This document shows positions 46,347 through 55,854 of a stretch of DNA of 57,949 bases, piece by piece. Numbering within the stretch: position 1 is the stretch's first letter; each line of letters begins with the position of its first letter. The notes under the pieces are model-generated. The model did no database searches, was not told the DNA's origin, and was given only the letters and a program-made list of their open reading frames with translations. This stretch comes from a bacterium (GTDB taxonomy: Bacteria > Bacteroidota > Rhodothermia > Rhodothermales > UBA10348): assembly GCA_013204185.1 (NCBI GenBank), contig JABMOI010000189.1:1-57949 (forward strand), read 5' to 3'. A program made the position numbers and the translations under genes.

Positions 46347-46521
46347 GTGTTCGAATACGGTCGGGCGTTCAATTAGGCGCCGAAATTCCCGCGCGCGCGC
46401 CTTAAAAGTGAACCAATTTAATAACGGCTCCAACCCGTTAGCGCACCGAGTAGTTTCCCTTCTTTTCCTTTTCAAAGTATGGCGCTCGTTCCATACCGAG
46501 CAGCGCCCTTGAGCGGGTATC

Positions 46522-46563
46522 AAAAAGACGGCGGGGCTTCCTCCGAATGGAGGAAGCCCCGCC
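46522..46563 (-). terminator. Rho-independent terminator after the basic repeat protein gene
   Basis: Perfect 15-bp stem ggcggggcttcctcc (46530..46544) with ggaggaagccccgcc (46549..46563), loop gaat, then GTCTTTTT on the minus strand. Confidence 0.8.
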
Positions 46564-46591
46564 TATCAACGCATTGAATTACCAGGGTCCG

Positions 46592-47941
46592 CTACTCAAC
46601 GCGCTGAATGTTAGATTCACGTTTGATTTTGTATTGAGCACCAAAATCAGTGCCGTAAGAATACTCGGCTGAAGCGTTTAACCGGCTTTCGCTCCGGTAT
46701 GCTCTACCGTTTCCACCTTCATAGCCGTAGTAAGCGTCGTAATCGTCACTTGCTGCGCTAATTGCTTCCACGCCGTAGTCCCATAGCCATCCTTCGTCTT
46801 CAGGAAGAAGGGAAATAGGAGCAAATCCGTTGTAGTCGCGAGGGTCAAAAAGGCGGCTTCGAGAAACGCTTCTTACTGACTCTGAACGCAAGTTCAGTAC
46901 GCCAACCCGGTACCCATCGGATGCCCGATATTTAGCTAGCGCGTAGTCGTCGTAAAATTTAGTAGAGATCATTTCAAACCCGGCTCTACGATCTCCCACT
47001 AGAAATACGTCACGATCGAATGTGATCTGCCCATCGCGAAAGACAGTAGCTTCAATCTGGGATAAGTTTCTCGGGATACGATCCACTTTGCCAAGATATC
47101 TGTTGCCTTCATACAGGGCGACTTCCTCTATCTCTATGTCTAGCACAGCGTAATCGTCTGTGGCATAACGAACCTTGTGACGGTACACGGTTTCCATTTC
47201 GATGCGTGAAGATCGATTTCGTGATCCCCAATTAGATTCCACGTACACCACCTGGCGATACCGATACCTTGGAGACCAATGTCTTTCGTATCGAAGTACC
47301 CAAGGCCAAGATACATGGATTGAGATCCTAGATTGGGGACGATAAGCCCGTTTAGATCCTACATTGAGGACAAACCGCGGAGCATATCTAACAGTGCGAT
47401 TGCCATTTTTAGCACGAACAGGAATCCGCCTTGGCACGACAACGCTAGATCTGTTGCCACGAATTACGTCCTGGTTTCCTTTTCCGCCCACGCGACCTGC
47501 GTCAGTTGCACGCCGAGCGCTTGATCCGTTTGTAGATCGAGCACCAGAACCTGTGCTACGAGAGCCAGCCTGTTTGGCGTCGCGATCTACTCTGGCTCCA
47601 CCACGGCTACCAGATGCATTCTGAGAACGGGTTGAATTGGAACCCCTAGTGGCGGATTGTTCGGCATTACTTTTACGGGCGTCAGATTTCCGTGCGTCCG
47701 ACTTCCTAGCGTCAGATTTCCGGGCGTCAGCTTTTCGGGCATCTGACTTTCCAGCTGAAGTAGCTTTTCCCGCCGAACGGGCTTTTCCAGCAGAACCAGC
47801 TTTCCCGCGGTTCACCGTAACCTTCCCTTTGTCTGTTCGGGTCCGTTGCGCCATCGAATCGTGGGGCAGCGCGACAAGAGTGAAAACCGCCATCAAGATG
47901 GCGACTGAAAGTTTTCGAAGTGCAGTAGAATATTTTTTCAT
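46592..47941 (-). CDS. Secreted protein with a very basic tandem-repeat N-terminal region; unknown family
   Basis: 449 aa. Signal peptide ...LPHDSMAQ. About 180 residues rich in R/K/S/G/A, including SAGKxx x3 and ARK(S/A)D x5. The C-terminal half is Tyr/Arg/Asp-rich and unrecognised. Confidence 0.7.
   Translation of the reverse strand: MKKYSTALRKLSVAILMAVFTLVALPHDSMAQRTRTDKGKVTVNRGKAGSAGKARSAGKATSAGKSDARKADARKSDARKSDARKSDARKSNAEQSATRGSNSTRSQNASGSRGGARVDRDAKQAGSRSTGSGARSTNGSSARRATDAGRVGGKGNQDVIRGNRSSVVVPRRIPVRAKNGNRTVRYAPRFVLNVGSKRAYRPQSRISIHVSWPWVLRYERHWSPRYRYRQVVYVESNWGSRNRSSRIEMETVYRHKVRYATDDYAVLDIEIEEVALYEGNRYLGKVDRIPRNLSQIEATVFRDGQITFDRDVFLVGDRRAGFEMISTKFYDDYALAKYRASDGYRVGVLNLRSESVRSVSRSRLFDPRDYNGFAPISLLPEDEGWLWDYGVEAISAASDDYDAYYGYEGGNGRAYRSESRLNASAEYSYGTDFGAQYKIKRESNIQRVE
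47679..47807. repeat. In-frame coding tandem repeats: 15 bp x5 followed by 18 bp x3
   Basis: 15-bp units start at 47679, 47694, 47709, 47724 and 47739 (gcgtcagatttccgt-like). 18-bp units start at 47754, 47772 and 47790. They encode ARKSD-type pentapeptides and SAGKAx hexapeptides on the minus strand. Confidence 0.9.
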
Positions 47942-48165
47942 TTCGTTTACCCCGTTTCGATTTGTGTAGTGATGGTTGAAACGGACCCTACCAAACTCCT
48001 AGACAAAGTCGTGCCAGTCCACAAAACGTGTGAAAATGGGCGAAATGAGTTCTTTGTGAAGTACTACCTGTCTGCTATCGATGCCAGGCTGCCGGCAATT
48101 GTCTAGTAATCGCTACACTACAAAACCGAGGCACCGCCAAAAAACAATATGCCGCGGCCAAAACC

Positions 48166-48630
48166 TCAGGCCGGGACACCCCATACCATGATGCCGCCTA
48201 TATGGCCCGTTAAACCCACCAATGCGGCTGCCACCACCACGAGCACAAGGGCCACAATCCGAATCCAGAGGCGCGTTCCCGACTGCTCGACATCGTTTCG
48301 GGAATGCCAGACGGCAAAAAGTAGCCAAACTAAACACGCGCCGAGGGCCCAAGAAGCCCACTCCCCCAAGTCTTCGTGGAGATGTACAAACTCGTCTACG
48401 ATGGCAATACCTTCTCCCTGTTCCTCCATGAGCTCGCCCGTGCGAAGCGCAACGAGCGTACCAATCCATGCCACGGCCGTTAGCCAAAACGTGACGTAAA
48501 GCCAATACACCCTATTTCGAATGAGCCAACCAAGCGCAAAAGCCAGCGCGACGAAGGCCAAGGCAATTGGAAAATGAACCACAATAGGGTGGTTTACTGG
48601 GATGGAGTAATTAAGTATCTGATCTAACAT
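48166..48630 (-). CDS. DUF2231-like membrane protein
   Basis: ATG at 48630. HPIVVHFPIALAFVALAFALG and four TM helices match my recollection of DUF2231. Confidence 0.6.
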   Translation of the reverse strand: MLDQILNYSIPVNHPIVVHFPIALAFVALAFALGWLIRNRVYWLYVTFWLTAVAWIGTLVALRTGELMEEQGEGIAIVDEFVHLHEDLGEWASWALGACLVWLLFAVWHSRNDVEQSGTRLWIRIVALVLVVVAAALVGLTGHIGGIMVWGVPA

Positions 48631-48723
48631 GCTGCGAGAGTATTTTCGAGAACGCCCGAATAGACTGTGCGTAGTATACTCCTCAACATTGAAAATCACC
48701 TTTCCGATTCTAAGAACACGCTG

Positions 48724-50508
48724 ATGAAGTTTCTAAAAACCCTGCTCGCCAACGTCCTAGGAACGTTTATTGCCATTGGCGTGCTCCTCTTTTTTGGCTT
48801 TTTGTTCTTAATAGCCATTGCAGCCAGCGCAGATCAAAAGTTGCCGGTCCTGAACGACACCATATTGACGCTGAATCTGCAAGGCTCCCTTCCAGAACGG
48901 GTTAGCGGTGATCCCTTAACTCAAATGTTTACCGGTGAAGCGTCAATTGACCTCCATACCACTATCAGCGCCATTAAAGCAGCCAAAACCGACAACCGAA
49001 TTAAAGGAATTTGGCTTAGAAGCAATGGATTGCTCTCGTCTTGGGCTTCACTAGAAGCGCTACGCCGCTCCCTAGAAGACTTTAAAACCTCCGGAAAGCC
49101 CGTCTACGCCACGAGCAAGAATCACTTCATGATGGAGTCTGAATATTTTGTGGCCTCCGTTGCCGATAGCTTGTTTCTCGAACCCGAATCCATTTTCGAA
49201 TTCAACGGGTTTGCGCTCACCTCAACGTTCTACGGCGACCTCTTTGATAAACTCGGAGTCAAAACGGAAGTGGTAAGGTCAGGGAAATACAAAGGCGCAG
49301 TCGAGGCTTATACGCGAAATAGCATGTCGGCTGAGAACAAAGAGCAGATGCAAGCGCTCCTCGATGGCATTGAGCGTTCGTTTTTGTCCTCCGTCAGCAG
49401 TTCCAGAAATAAAACAGAGGACGAAGTCAGCTCCCTGATGAACGAAGGTGCGATGTTCTCGGCAAGAGAAGCCTTCGATTCAGGTCTGGTAGACGGCCTT
49501 CTATTTGAGGACCAAACCATAGACCGGCTAAAACTGGTCGCTGGAACGGATTCATCCAAAACGTTAGCGACCCTCTCTGTTGCTGCTTATGCCCCGCATG
49601 TTAAACCTAAAACGTCTCCAAACAAGGTTGCCGTGGTCCATATTACCGGCACGATGATGTCTGGTATGCCGGCAGAATCGCCTTTGACGGGAGGATCTGT
49701 TGCCGGTTCAGAATCCATTGCCAAAGCCATTCAACAAGCCCGAAAACGTACGGGCGTCCAAGCTATGGTCATTCGCATTAATTCTCCTGGAGGATTTGCA
49801 CCTGCGGGAGACGCCATGCTGCGTGAAATTGAACTTACGTCCCAGACCATGCCAGTTGTCATCTCCATGGGAGACCTAGCCGCTTCTGGTGGATACTGGG
49901 TTGCCACGGGCGGACGGCGCATTTTCGCTGAGAACAACACCATTACGGGCTCCATTGGCGTCTTTTCGATGTTTTTCGATATGAGTGGGCTGGTTGAGGA
50001 CAAACTTGGAGTTACGTTCGACAACGTGACCACTGGCCCCCACGCCGATATGTTTTCGGGGATGCGAGGATATACCGAGGCCGAGCGAGCCATTTTGGGC
50101 AAAGCAACGGACGGGACGTATCAGGCTTTTCTTGAAAAGGTCGCCGCGAGCAGAGGGATGACGGTGGACGCAGTTCAAGAAATCGCGCAGGGCCGCGTTT
50201 GGACGGGAGAAGATGCCGTTCGGGAAGGCTTGGTCGATGAGATTGGTGGACTAGACTCCGCTATTCGATACGCTGCGGCAGAAGCATCTATGGATGCATC
50301 CTCCATTGAAATAGTCCGATACCCTGCCACTAAGTCGTTTTTAGACCAATTTATGCGCTCGCCCATTGCAGGGGTTCGGGTCATTGCCGGTGCATTATCT
50401 CCTCAGACACCGTTCATAGGCTCTGAGCAGCTTAAAGAACTGCAGGGCATGATGAAGGGTCAAGGCGAAGTCCAGGCCTATTGGCCTTGGAAAGTGGTGA
50501 TTAGATAA
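48724..50508 (+). CDS. sppA: Signal peptide peptidase SppA, 67K type
   Basis: ATG at 48724 (MKFLKTLLANVLGTFIAIG). Two tandem S49 domains (IKGIWLRSNG...; VIRINSPGGFAPAGD, MGDLAASGGYWVA). Confidence 0.9.
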   Translation: MKFLKTLLANVLGTFIAIGVLLFFGFLFLIAIAASADQKLPVLNDTILTLNLQGSLPERVSGDPLTQMFTGEASIDLHTTISAIKAAKTDNRIKGIWLRSNGLLSSWASLEALRRSLEDFKTSGKPVYATSKNHFMMESEYFVASVADSLFLEPESIFEFNGFALTSTFYGDLFDKLGVKTEVVRSGKYKGAVEAYTRNSMSAENKEQMQALLDGIERSFLSSVSSSRNKTEDEVSSLMNEGAMFSAREAFDSGLVDGLLFEDQTIDRLKLVAGTDSSKTLATLSVAAYAPHVKPKTSPNKVAVVHITGTMMSGMPAESPLTGGSVAGSESIAKAIQQARKRTGVQAMVIRINSPGGFAPAGDAMLREIELTSQTMPVVISMGDLAASGGYWVATGGRRIFAENNTITGSIGVFSMFFDMSGLVEDKLGVTFDNVTTGPHADMFSGMRGYTEAERAILGKATDGTYQAFLEKVAASRGMTVDAVQEIAQGRVWTGEDAVREGLVDEIGGLDSAIRYAAAEASMDASSIEIVRYPATKSFLDQFMRSPIAGVRVIAGALSPQTPFIGSEQLKELQGMMKGQGEVQAYWPWKVVIR

Positions 50509-52018
50509 GCGATTTGCCCGTCATGCTTTCCGGCTTTTCGATCCCAAGCATCGCAAGAATGGTGGGCGCTATGTCACCCAGTTTTCCGTGCTGAACGGGC
50601 CCTGAAAAGCCATCTTGAATGACGAGGTGAGGAACCGGAACGGTGGTGTGGGCTGTGTGCGGAGTCCCATCAGGATTACGCATGCGGTCTGAATTCCCGT
50701 GATCGGCAATAATGTTAACTGAGTACCCTGACTCCAGCGCCGCATCGACCACCACTTTGGCCGCAGCATCCACTGCCTCAACTGCTTTGATAGCCGCTTC
50801 CATCACACCGGTGTGCCCCACCATGTCGGGGTTAGCAAAGTTTATCACGACCAACGCGTAATCCTTCGCCTGGATGGCCTCAGCCACTTTTGAAGCCAAT
50901 TCCGGAGCGCTCATTTCGGGCTGAAGGTCGTACGTAGCCACTTTAGGAGAGGCTACCAAGATGCGGTCTTCTCCCGTAAACGGCGTTTCGCGTCCTCCAT
51001 TAAAGAAATAGGTCACGTGCGGATACTTTTCCGTTTCCGCGGCGCGAAGCTGCTCAAATCCGGCTTCGGCAATCACCTCGCCCAGCGTGTGAGTGAGATT
51101 TAGCTTCGGAAAAGCCACTGGGTTAGAAAACGAGCCTTCGTACAAGGCAAAGGAAACGTAATGCAGTGGCGTCAGCCGTTTTCGTTCAAACCCGCCGAAA
51201 GACTCGTCTAGGAGTGCATGGGTGAGCTGCCGAGCTCTATCCGCCCTGAAATTGATGAAAATGATGGTATCGTTTGGCTTAATTCGGCCATTTGTGCCCG
51301 ATCCAATGATATAGGGCTCCACAAACTCGTCCGTTGTGCCCGCAGCATACGCTGCGTCAATGGCTTCAGCGGACGTTGCAAAACGAGTTCCAACCCCATC
51401 TACTAGCAGGTCGTAGGCCTTTTTAATGCGGGGCCATCTGTGATCGCGATCCATTGCCCAATAGCGACCCACTACCGATGCTACGTGGCCACACCCAAGA
51501 CGCGCCATGTAGGCTTCAAGATCCGCGAGGTACTGCTTCCCTCCGTGCGGAGACGTGTCCCTGCCGTCGGTGAAGGCGTGAATGGCGAGCGACGACCGAT
51601 CAAATCCTTTAGATGCTGCCAGTTTTATCACAGCAAAAAGGTGGTTGATGTGAGAGTGCACTCCCCCATCCGACAAAAGACCCAAGATGTGAACCGTTTG
51701 GCCTGATTTTTTAGCCGCTTCCAAAGCATTTACCAAGACCTCATTGGCAAAAAACGATTCGTCCCGAATGGCTTCATCAATGCGCGTCATGTCTTGATAG
51801 ACCACTCGGCCTGCGCCCAAATTCATGTGGCCCACTTCGGAATTCCCCATCTGACCTTCGGGCAACCCAACCGCTAAACCACTGGCGTCGAGCGTGCCAT
51901 GCGGATACCTAGCAAAAAGCGAATCTAGAAAGGGTTTGTTGGCATGGTCAATCGCGCTGACAGAAGGATCTTCTGCAATGCCATAACCGTCTAGAATCAT
52001 CAATAGGTGCTTTTTCAT
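50501..52018 (-). CDS. gpmI: 2,3-bisphosphoglycerate-independent phosphoglycerate mutase
   Basis: 505 aa. LMILDGYG, GNSEVGHMNLGAGR, ADHGN. Overlaps the convergent sppA end by 8 nt. Confidence 0.96.
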   Translation of the reverse strand: MKKHLLMILDGYGIAEDPSVSAIDHANKPFLDSLFARYPHGTLDASGLAVGLPEGQMGNSEVGHMNLGAGRVVYQDMTRIDEAIRDESFFANEVLVNALEAAKKSGQTVHILGLLSDGGVHSHINHLFAVIKLAASKGFDRSSLAIHAFTDGRDTSPHGGKQYLADLEAYMARLGCGHVASVVGRYWAMDRDHRWPRIKKAYDLLVDGVGTRFATSAEAIDAAYAAGTTDEFVEPYIIGSGTNGRIKPNDTIIFINFRADRARQLTHALLDESFGGFERKRLTPLHYVSFALYEGSFSNPVAFPKLNLTHTLGEVIAEAGFEQLRAAETEKYPHVTYFFNGGRETPFTGEDRILVASPKVATYDLQPEMSAPELASKVAEAIQAKDYALVVINFANPDMVGHTGVMEAAIKAVEAVDAAAKVVVDAALESGYSVNIIADHGNSDRMRNPDGTPHTAHTTVPVPHLVIQDGFSGPVQHGKLGDIAPTILAMLGIEKPESMTGKSLI

Positions 52019-52118
52019 TCACTTTGGGCCGAAATATTATCTGGTAGCTCGCGTCACGTTTCTATCAACCAACTTGCGGCAAATAAGATCTTTCAAAAAG
52101 GAGGCTTCGGGGCAAGAT

Positions 52119-52961
52119 TTACACGCGAAAATCCTTGACTTGCTTGGTGGTTTTCCCTGTTTTGGGCACGAACACATTCATCGAACCGCAGCTGGGACAG
52201 GATACTTGATCCACTCCATTTCGATCAGAGACGGTGTCCGGTTCGTCAAAGTAATGCTTACGCGTCGCGCAATAGTACTTGCCTTTCTTGGGGTCGAGTC
52301 CGGTTCGATCCGGAGGCAATTTCTTTAGGCTTTCTAGGTATGAACAACATGCGGTCACTGCGCACGATTCGCATTTGGGAGTGCGGGCCGTGCACGTGTA
52401 TCGGCCATGAAGGATCAATAAATGATGGGCTTCTCCCCAGCTTTCTTCTGGCAAAAGGCGCTTTAATTGACGCTCTACTTTTTCGGGCGTGTCCGCCTTT
52501 GCGCCAACCAACCCCAGCCTATTCGCCACCCTAAAAACGTGGGTATCCACGGCAAGCGTCGGCACGTTAAACGCAACGGAGGCAACCACTTGCGCCGTTT
52601 TTCGCCCCACGCCTGGAAGCAGTACAAGCTCGTCCACCGTACCAGGGACTTGTCCCCCAAATCGCTCTTCAAGGAGCGTTGCCGTTTTAACGAGATGCGT
52701 TGCTTTGCTGTTGGGATAGGAAATGGACTTAATCCAGGGAAAGACGTCTTCCGGAGCGAGGCCGTGCATGGACTTACTATCTGGAAATCGCTCAAAGAGC
52801 GCAGGAGTAACAAGATTTACTCTCGCGTCCGTACATTGGGCCGATAACATGACTGCGACCAATAGCTGCCACGTATTTGTGTACTCCAGTTCCGTTTCAG
52901 GCTCAGGTATTACCTCGCGTAGCGCTGAGATCGCACATGTGGCCTTTTGAATTCTACTCAT
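52119..52961 (-). CDS. nth: Endonuclease III with about 70-aa C-terminal extension
   Basis: ATG at 52961. HhH-GPD LPGVGRKTAQVV, DTHVFRV, and the 4Fe-4S motif C-x6-C-x2-C-x5-C (CTARTPKCESCAVTACC). This is followed by an extra tail containing YYC..H and CPSC. Confidence 0.9.
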   Translation of the reverse strand: MSRIQKATCAISALREVIPEPETELEYTNTWQLLVAVMLSAQCTDARVNLVTPALFERFPDSKSMHGLAPEDVFPWIKSISYPNSKATHLVKTATLLEERFGGQVPGTVDELVLLPGVGRKTAQVVASVAFNVPTLAVDTHVFRVANRLGLVGAKADTPEKVERQLKRLLPEESWGEAHHLLILHGRYTCTARTPKCESCAVTACCSYLESLKKLPPDRTGLDPKKGKYYCATRKHYFDEPDTVSDRNGVDQVSCPSCGSMNVFVPKTGKTTKQVKDFRV

Positions 52962-52966
52962 AACCC

Positions 52967-54184
52967 GTGTTTTATTTCTTGAATCGCCGTCTCGACATAA
53001 ACTACGCACGCGTGCGCTCTACATTTTGGGCTTTTCTATTGTGCGCGGCCCTGCTTTTTCTGTTCGATTCAACAGATGCAAAAGCCCAGTTACCGCCAAC
53101 CGTGTCCGGTTCGACCGAGGTCTCGATCCTCACTATTTACCCCGGCGAACCCACCTATTCGGCTTGGGGCCACTCCGCGCTTCGCATCGTAGACCCGGTC
53201 ACGGGACTCGACGCAGCCTTTAACTATGGCACATTCGACATCACGGCTCCCTATTTCATCCCACGTTTTGCCTATGGGGATATGCTCTACCAGCTTTCGG
53301 CAGACCCTACGTCGGCCTTGTTTCGAGGGGCAAGCTATCAAAAGCGCTCAGTTGTCGAGCAGGTTCTTTCGCTCGATTCAACTCAAGTGGCGGGTATTTA
53401 TGCGCTGCTGCTAGAGAACCTCAAGCCTGAAAACAGGCTCTACCAATACGATTTTGTATTCGACAATTGCTCTACGCGCCTATTGGACCTTCTTTTTTCG
53501 GTTGATGGCATCATACTTCCCGCAACGGACCCTTACGACTCCACGATTCGGGAGATGCTCGATGAGTTCGTTCACGACAGGGCCATGCTTGACCTAGGCA
53601 TTGACTTGGTGATTGGAAGCCGCCTCGACGTGGCGCCTACGCTACGGGAACGGACGTTTCTTCCGACCTACTTGATGGATGTGCTGGATGAATCGACTAC
53701 GCCCGCGGGAGCGGCCATTGTAACAGAAAAGCGAATGGTTCTGGAGTACGATCCGCTCCACGTAGACCGAGCGCTGCCGTGGACCTTCTGGGTGAACTTT
53801 GCGTGGGTTGCCATTGTGCTAGCTTGGTGGCGCGGCGCTTCACGCCTGCCAGCCTGGTTTGATCGCTGGCTCTTGGGAATTGTGGGGTTTGTGGGCCTAT
53901 TTCTGCTGGGAATGTGGTTTTTAACGCTCCACCACGTCACAGCCGCAAACTGGAATATTGCTTGGGCCCTTCCTTCGCATCTGGTGTTCAGCCTTTTCTG
54001 GAAACGACTCAGCTTTAAACGGGCCTATTTCCGGTGGGCCGGTGTTTGGACCACAGGGATAGCCATTTTCTCTGTTTTCCAAGCGCAGCACATTCCAGAG
54101 GCCATGTGGCCGGTTGTGGTTTTGCTTGTGCTGAGGCTCCTGGCGCTTTCTATTCCAGAAGCGCATAGCCCCGCTTCGAATTAA
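52967..54184 (+). CDS. DUF4105 (Lnb N-terminal domain)-like membrane protein
   Basis: GTG start at 52967; an alternative GTG lies at 53012. LTIYPGEPTYSAWGHSALRIVDP...FNYGTFD signature and a C-terminal TM bundle. Confidence 0.7.
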   Translation: MFYFLNRRLDINYARVRSTFWAFLLCAALLFLFDSTDAKAQLPPTVSGSTEVSILTIYPGEPTYSAWGHSALRIVDPVTGLDAAFNYGTFDITAPYFIPRFAYGDMLYQLSADPTSALFRGASYQKRSVVEQVLSLDSTQVAGIYALLLENLKPENRLYQYDFVFDNCSTRLLDLLFSVDGIILPATDPYDSTIREMLDEFVHDRAMLDLGIDLVIGSRLDVAPTLRERTFLPTYLMDVLDESTTPAGAAIVTEKRMVLEYDPLHVDRALPWTFWVNFAWVAIVLAWWRGASRLPAWFDRWLLGIVGFVGLFLLGMWFLTLHHVTAANWNIAWALPSHLVFSLFWKRLSFKRAYFRWAGVWTTGIAIFSVFQAQHIPEAMWPVVVLLVLRLLALSIPEAHSPASN

Positions 54185-55059
54185 GCCCGCGTGCGTTTAG
54201 CTGGACCGCTTTCTTGTTCGGGGCTCTGGTGAGCGTCGTCAAGGTCTAATTTCTCGGGCACCCGCTCTTGCTCCACAGACCGATCAAAGTATTCCAAGTC
54301 CAAGCCGGCCGTTTCCGAAGCATCCTTTTCGTGATTCGCGACAATCTCTTCGTGTAGCGCCCCAGGCGCCCTCAGGCTGCCTTTCGAAACGAGATTCAGC
54401 GCAATGGAGCCGATCGCGTCCATTTGGTCGGCTCGGTCGTAGCGCCACTGGGATAGTTGAAGGCCCGTAAAGCCAATCCCTGCGATGCCTGCAACGGCAA
54501 AAAATATGGCAGGAAATAAGATGCTGAAATCCACTCCCGAAGCAAGGGCAGAACTTATAAAGATGAAAATGCCCGCCATAATCCAGCTGATACTTGCCCA
54601 CAGAAATCCTTTTGCACTTCCCTTCTCAGTCCCCATTCTGAGCCTGTGGCCATGAGGGGTTGGCTCGACGAGGATATGAAGGTTTCCGTTCGACCATTCT
54701 CTAAGCTTCCCTTCCCGTGTAATTTTCCCACGAGCACCAAAAGCCTGCCTAATTTCTACAACAAGTTTGTCCCAACTGTCGTCCGAAAGAGGTGCTTTGA
54801 GGTCGATAATGCGGTGAACTGAGGTCTGCAAACCCAAAAAACGCTTTTCGGGTGGAGCCTCTACCGTGTGCTCTAGACGAGCGGCGGCGTCTGAGATAAA
54901 CTCGGGCGAAATACCTGCCTCTCTGGCTATCAAATGCAGATCCTCGAGCGTTAACCCATCCTCCAAGGCCGATCGTTCTTTAATCCGTTCTTGTTCTTCT
55001 GATGCTTTTTTGAAAATATCAGCGATTTCTTTCTGACTATATCGACGATCAGAATCCAT
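54181..55059 (-). CDS. Hypothetical membrane protein
   Basis: 292 aa with a helical charged N-terminus, two adjacent TM helices (WASISWIMAGIFIFISSALA, LFPAIFFAVAGIAGIGFTGL) and an acidic tail. No family recognised. Confidence 0.5.
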   Translation of the reverse strand: MDSDRRYSQKEIADIFKKASEEQERIKERSALEDGLTLEDLHLIAREAGISPEFISDAAARLEHTVEAPPEKRFLGLQTSVHRIIDLKAPLSDDSWDKLVVEIRQAFGARGKITREGKLREWSNGNLHILVEPTPHGHRLRMGTEKGSAKGFLWASISWIMAGIFIFISSALASGVDFSILFPAIFFAVAGIAGIGFTGLQLSQWRYDRADQMDAIGSIALNLVSKGSLRAPGALHEEIVANHEKDASETAGLDLEYFDRSVEQERVPEKLDLDDAHQSPEQESGPAKRTRA

Positions 55060-55096
55060 ACCAAGAACGGCTTAAAAGGGCCATTTTCGAACCAAC

Positions 55097-55687
55097 CTAT
55101 TTAGAAGGGTCGAAATAGCACGTTAAAATTGAGGACATTTTTTCGTCACCTACGGCTATCTGGCTACAAAGATGCCGAGTCTCTTCAGGCAAAAGCTTCT
55201 GCAAGGGTTGCTCGACCTTGGGATAATACTTGAATGCAGCTTCAAGTTTTTTGTCCCAAACCCTGTGATATTTCACTAGATCGTCCGGGTACACTTTCTT
55301 ACGTCGCTTTCCCTCGTCCATTGCGCGGAATGGTTCTGTGATGTTAAGATATCCGTAGTCGTCCGTGAGCTCTTCCCCTGGATGAATGTCTCGCACTGCA
55401 AATTCGAAGTCGTATGCAGTAGAAATGCAGGTAGAGTTAAAGCTGTGGTTAACGAAACGACCATTATCCCAGCAAAGGACGAAGTTACCTGCGTTATTGC
55501 GGTAGCAGTAGGTGCTGAGAATGTGTTGATACTCGGCTCCCATCTGGTCGATTTGCATCGGAGAAAAGACACGGTCCAATTTGTCTTGAACCCAAGTAAT
55601 AGTGCCCTTGGGAATTAATTTGGTGGCTACAACGCCGTAACCAATTTCCGAACTGATAAATCTCAACTCAGTATCAGGATGAATCAT
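55097..55687 (-). CDS. SET domain-containing protein (putative lysine methyltransferase)
   Basis: ATG at 55687. GYGVVATKLIPKGT, RFVNHSFNSTC (NHS-type motif) and GEELTDDYGY (ELxxDY). The longer ORF to 55897 would run through the upstream terminator palindrome. Confidence 0.75.
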   Translation of the reverse strand: MIHPDTELRFISSEIGYGVVATKLIPKGTITWVQDKLDRVFSPMQIDQMGAEYQHILSTYCYRNNAGNFVLCWDNGRFVNHSFNSTCISTAYDFEFAVRDIHPGEELTDDYGYLNITEPFRAMDEGKRRKKVYPDDLVKYHRVWDKKLEAAFKYYPKVEQPLQKLLPEETRHLCSQIAVGDEKMSSILTCYFDPSK

Positions 55688-55854
55688 TCTTTGCTCAAAA
55701 GCTGGGTTAGAAAGGACTTGTTTTTTGGGGTTGGGATGCCCCGGTAATAGGCGGCGAATGGTATGAGTTAGACGCACATTTTGCAATACACTCACCCCGT
55801 GATTTATTTGAGAACCGCGCGTTTCCCGAGGCAAACAAAAGCTGGGGCACAATA

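Noticed and set aside
46347-46523. 59-residue N-terminal extension of the hrcA ORF.
   Set aside because: The extension is basic and non-conserved-looking, and it reaches the upstream terminator. HrcA's conserved winged-helix region begins right after the Met at 46346.
48113-48505. Overlapping ORFs 48113..48505 (-), 48149..48499 (+) and 48222..48431 (+).
   Set aside because: Their products are Arg/Pro/Gly-rich, typical of off-frame translation. The region is explained by the four-TM DUF2231-like gene at 48166..48630.
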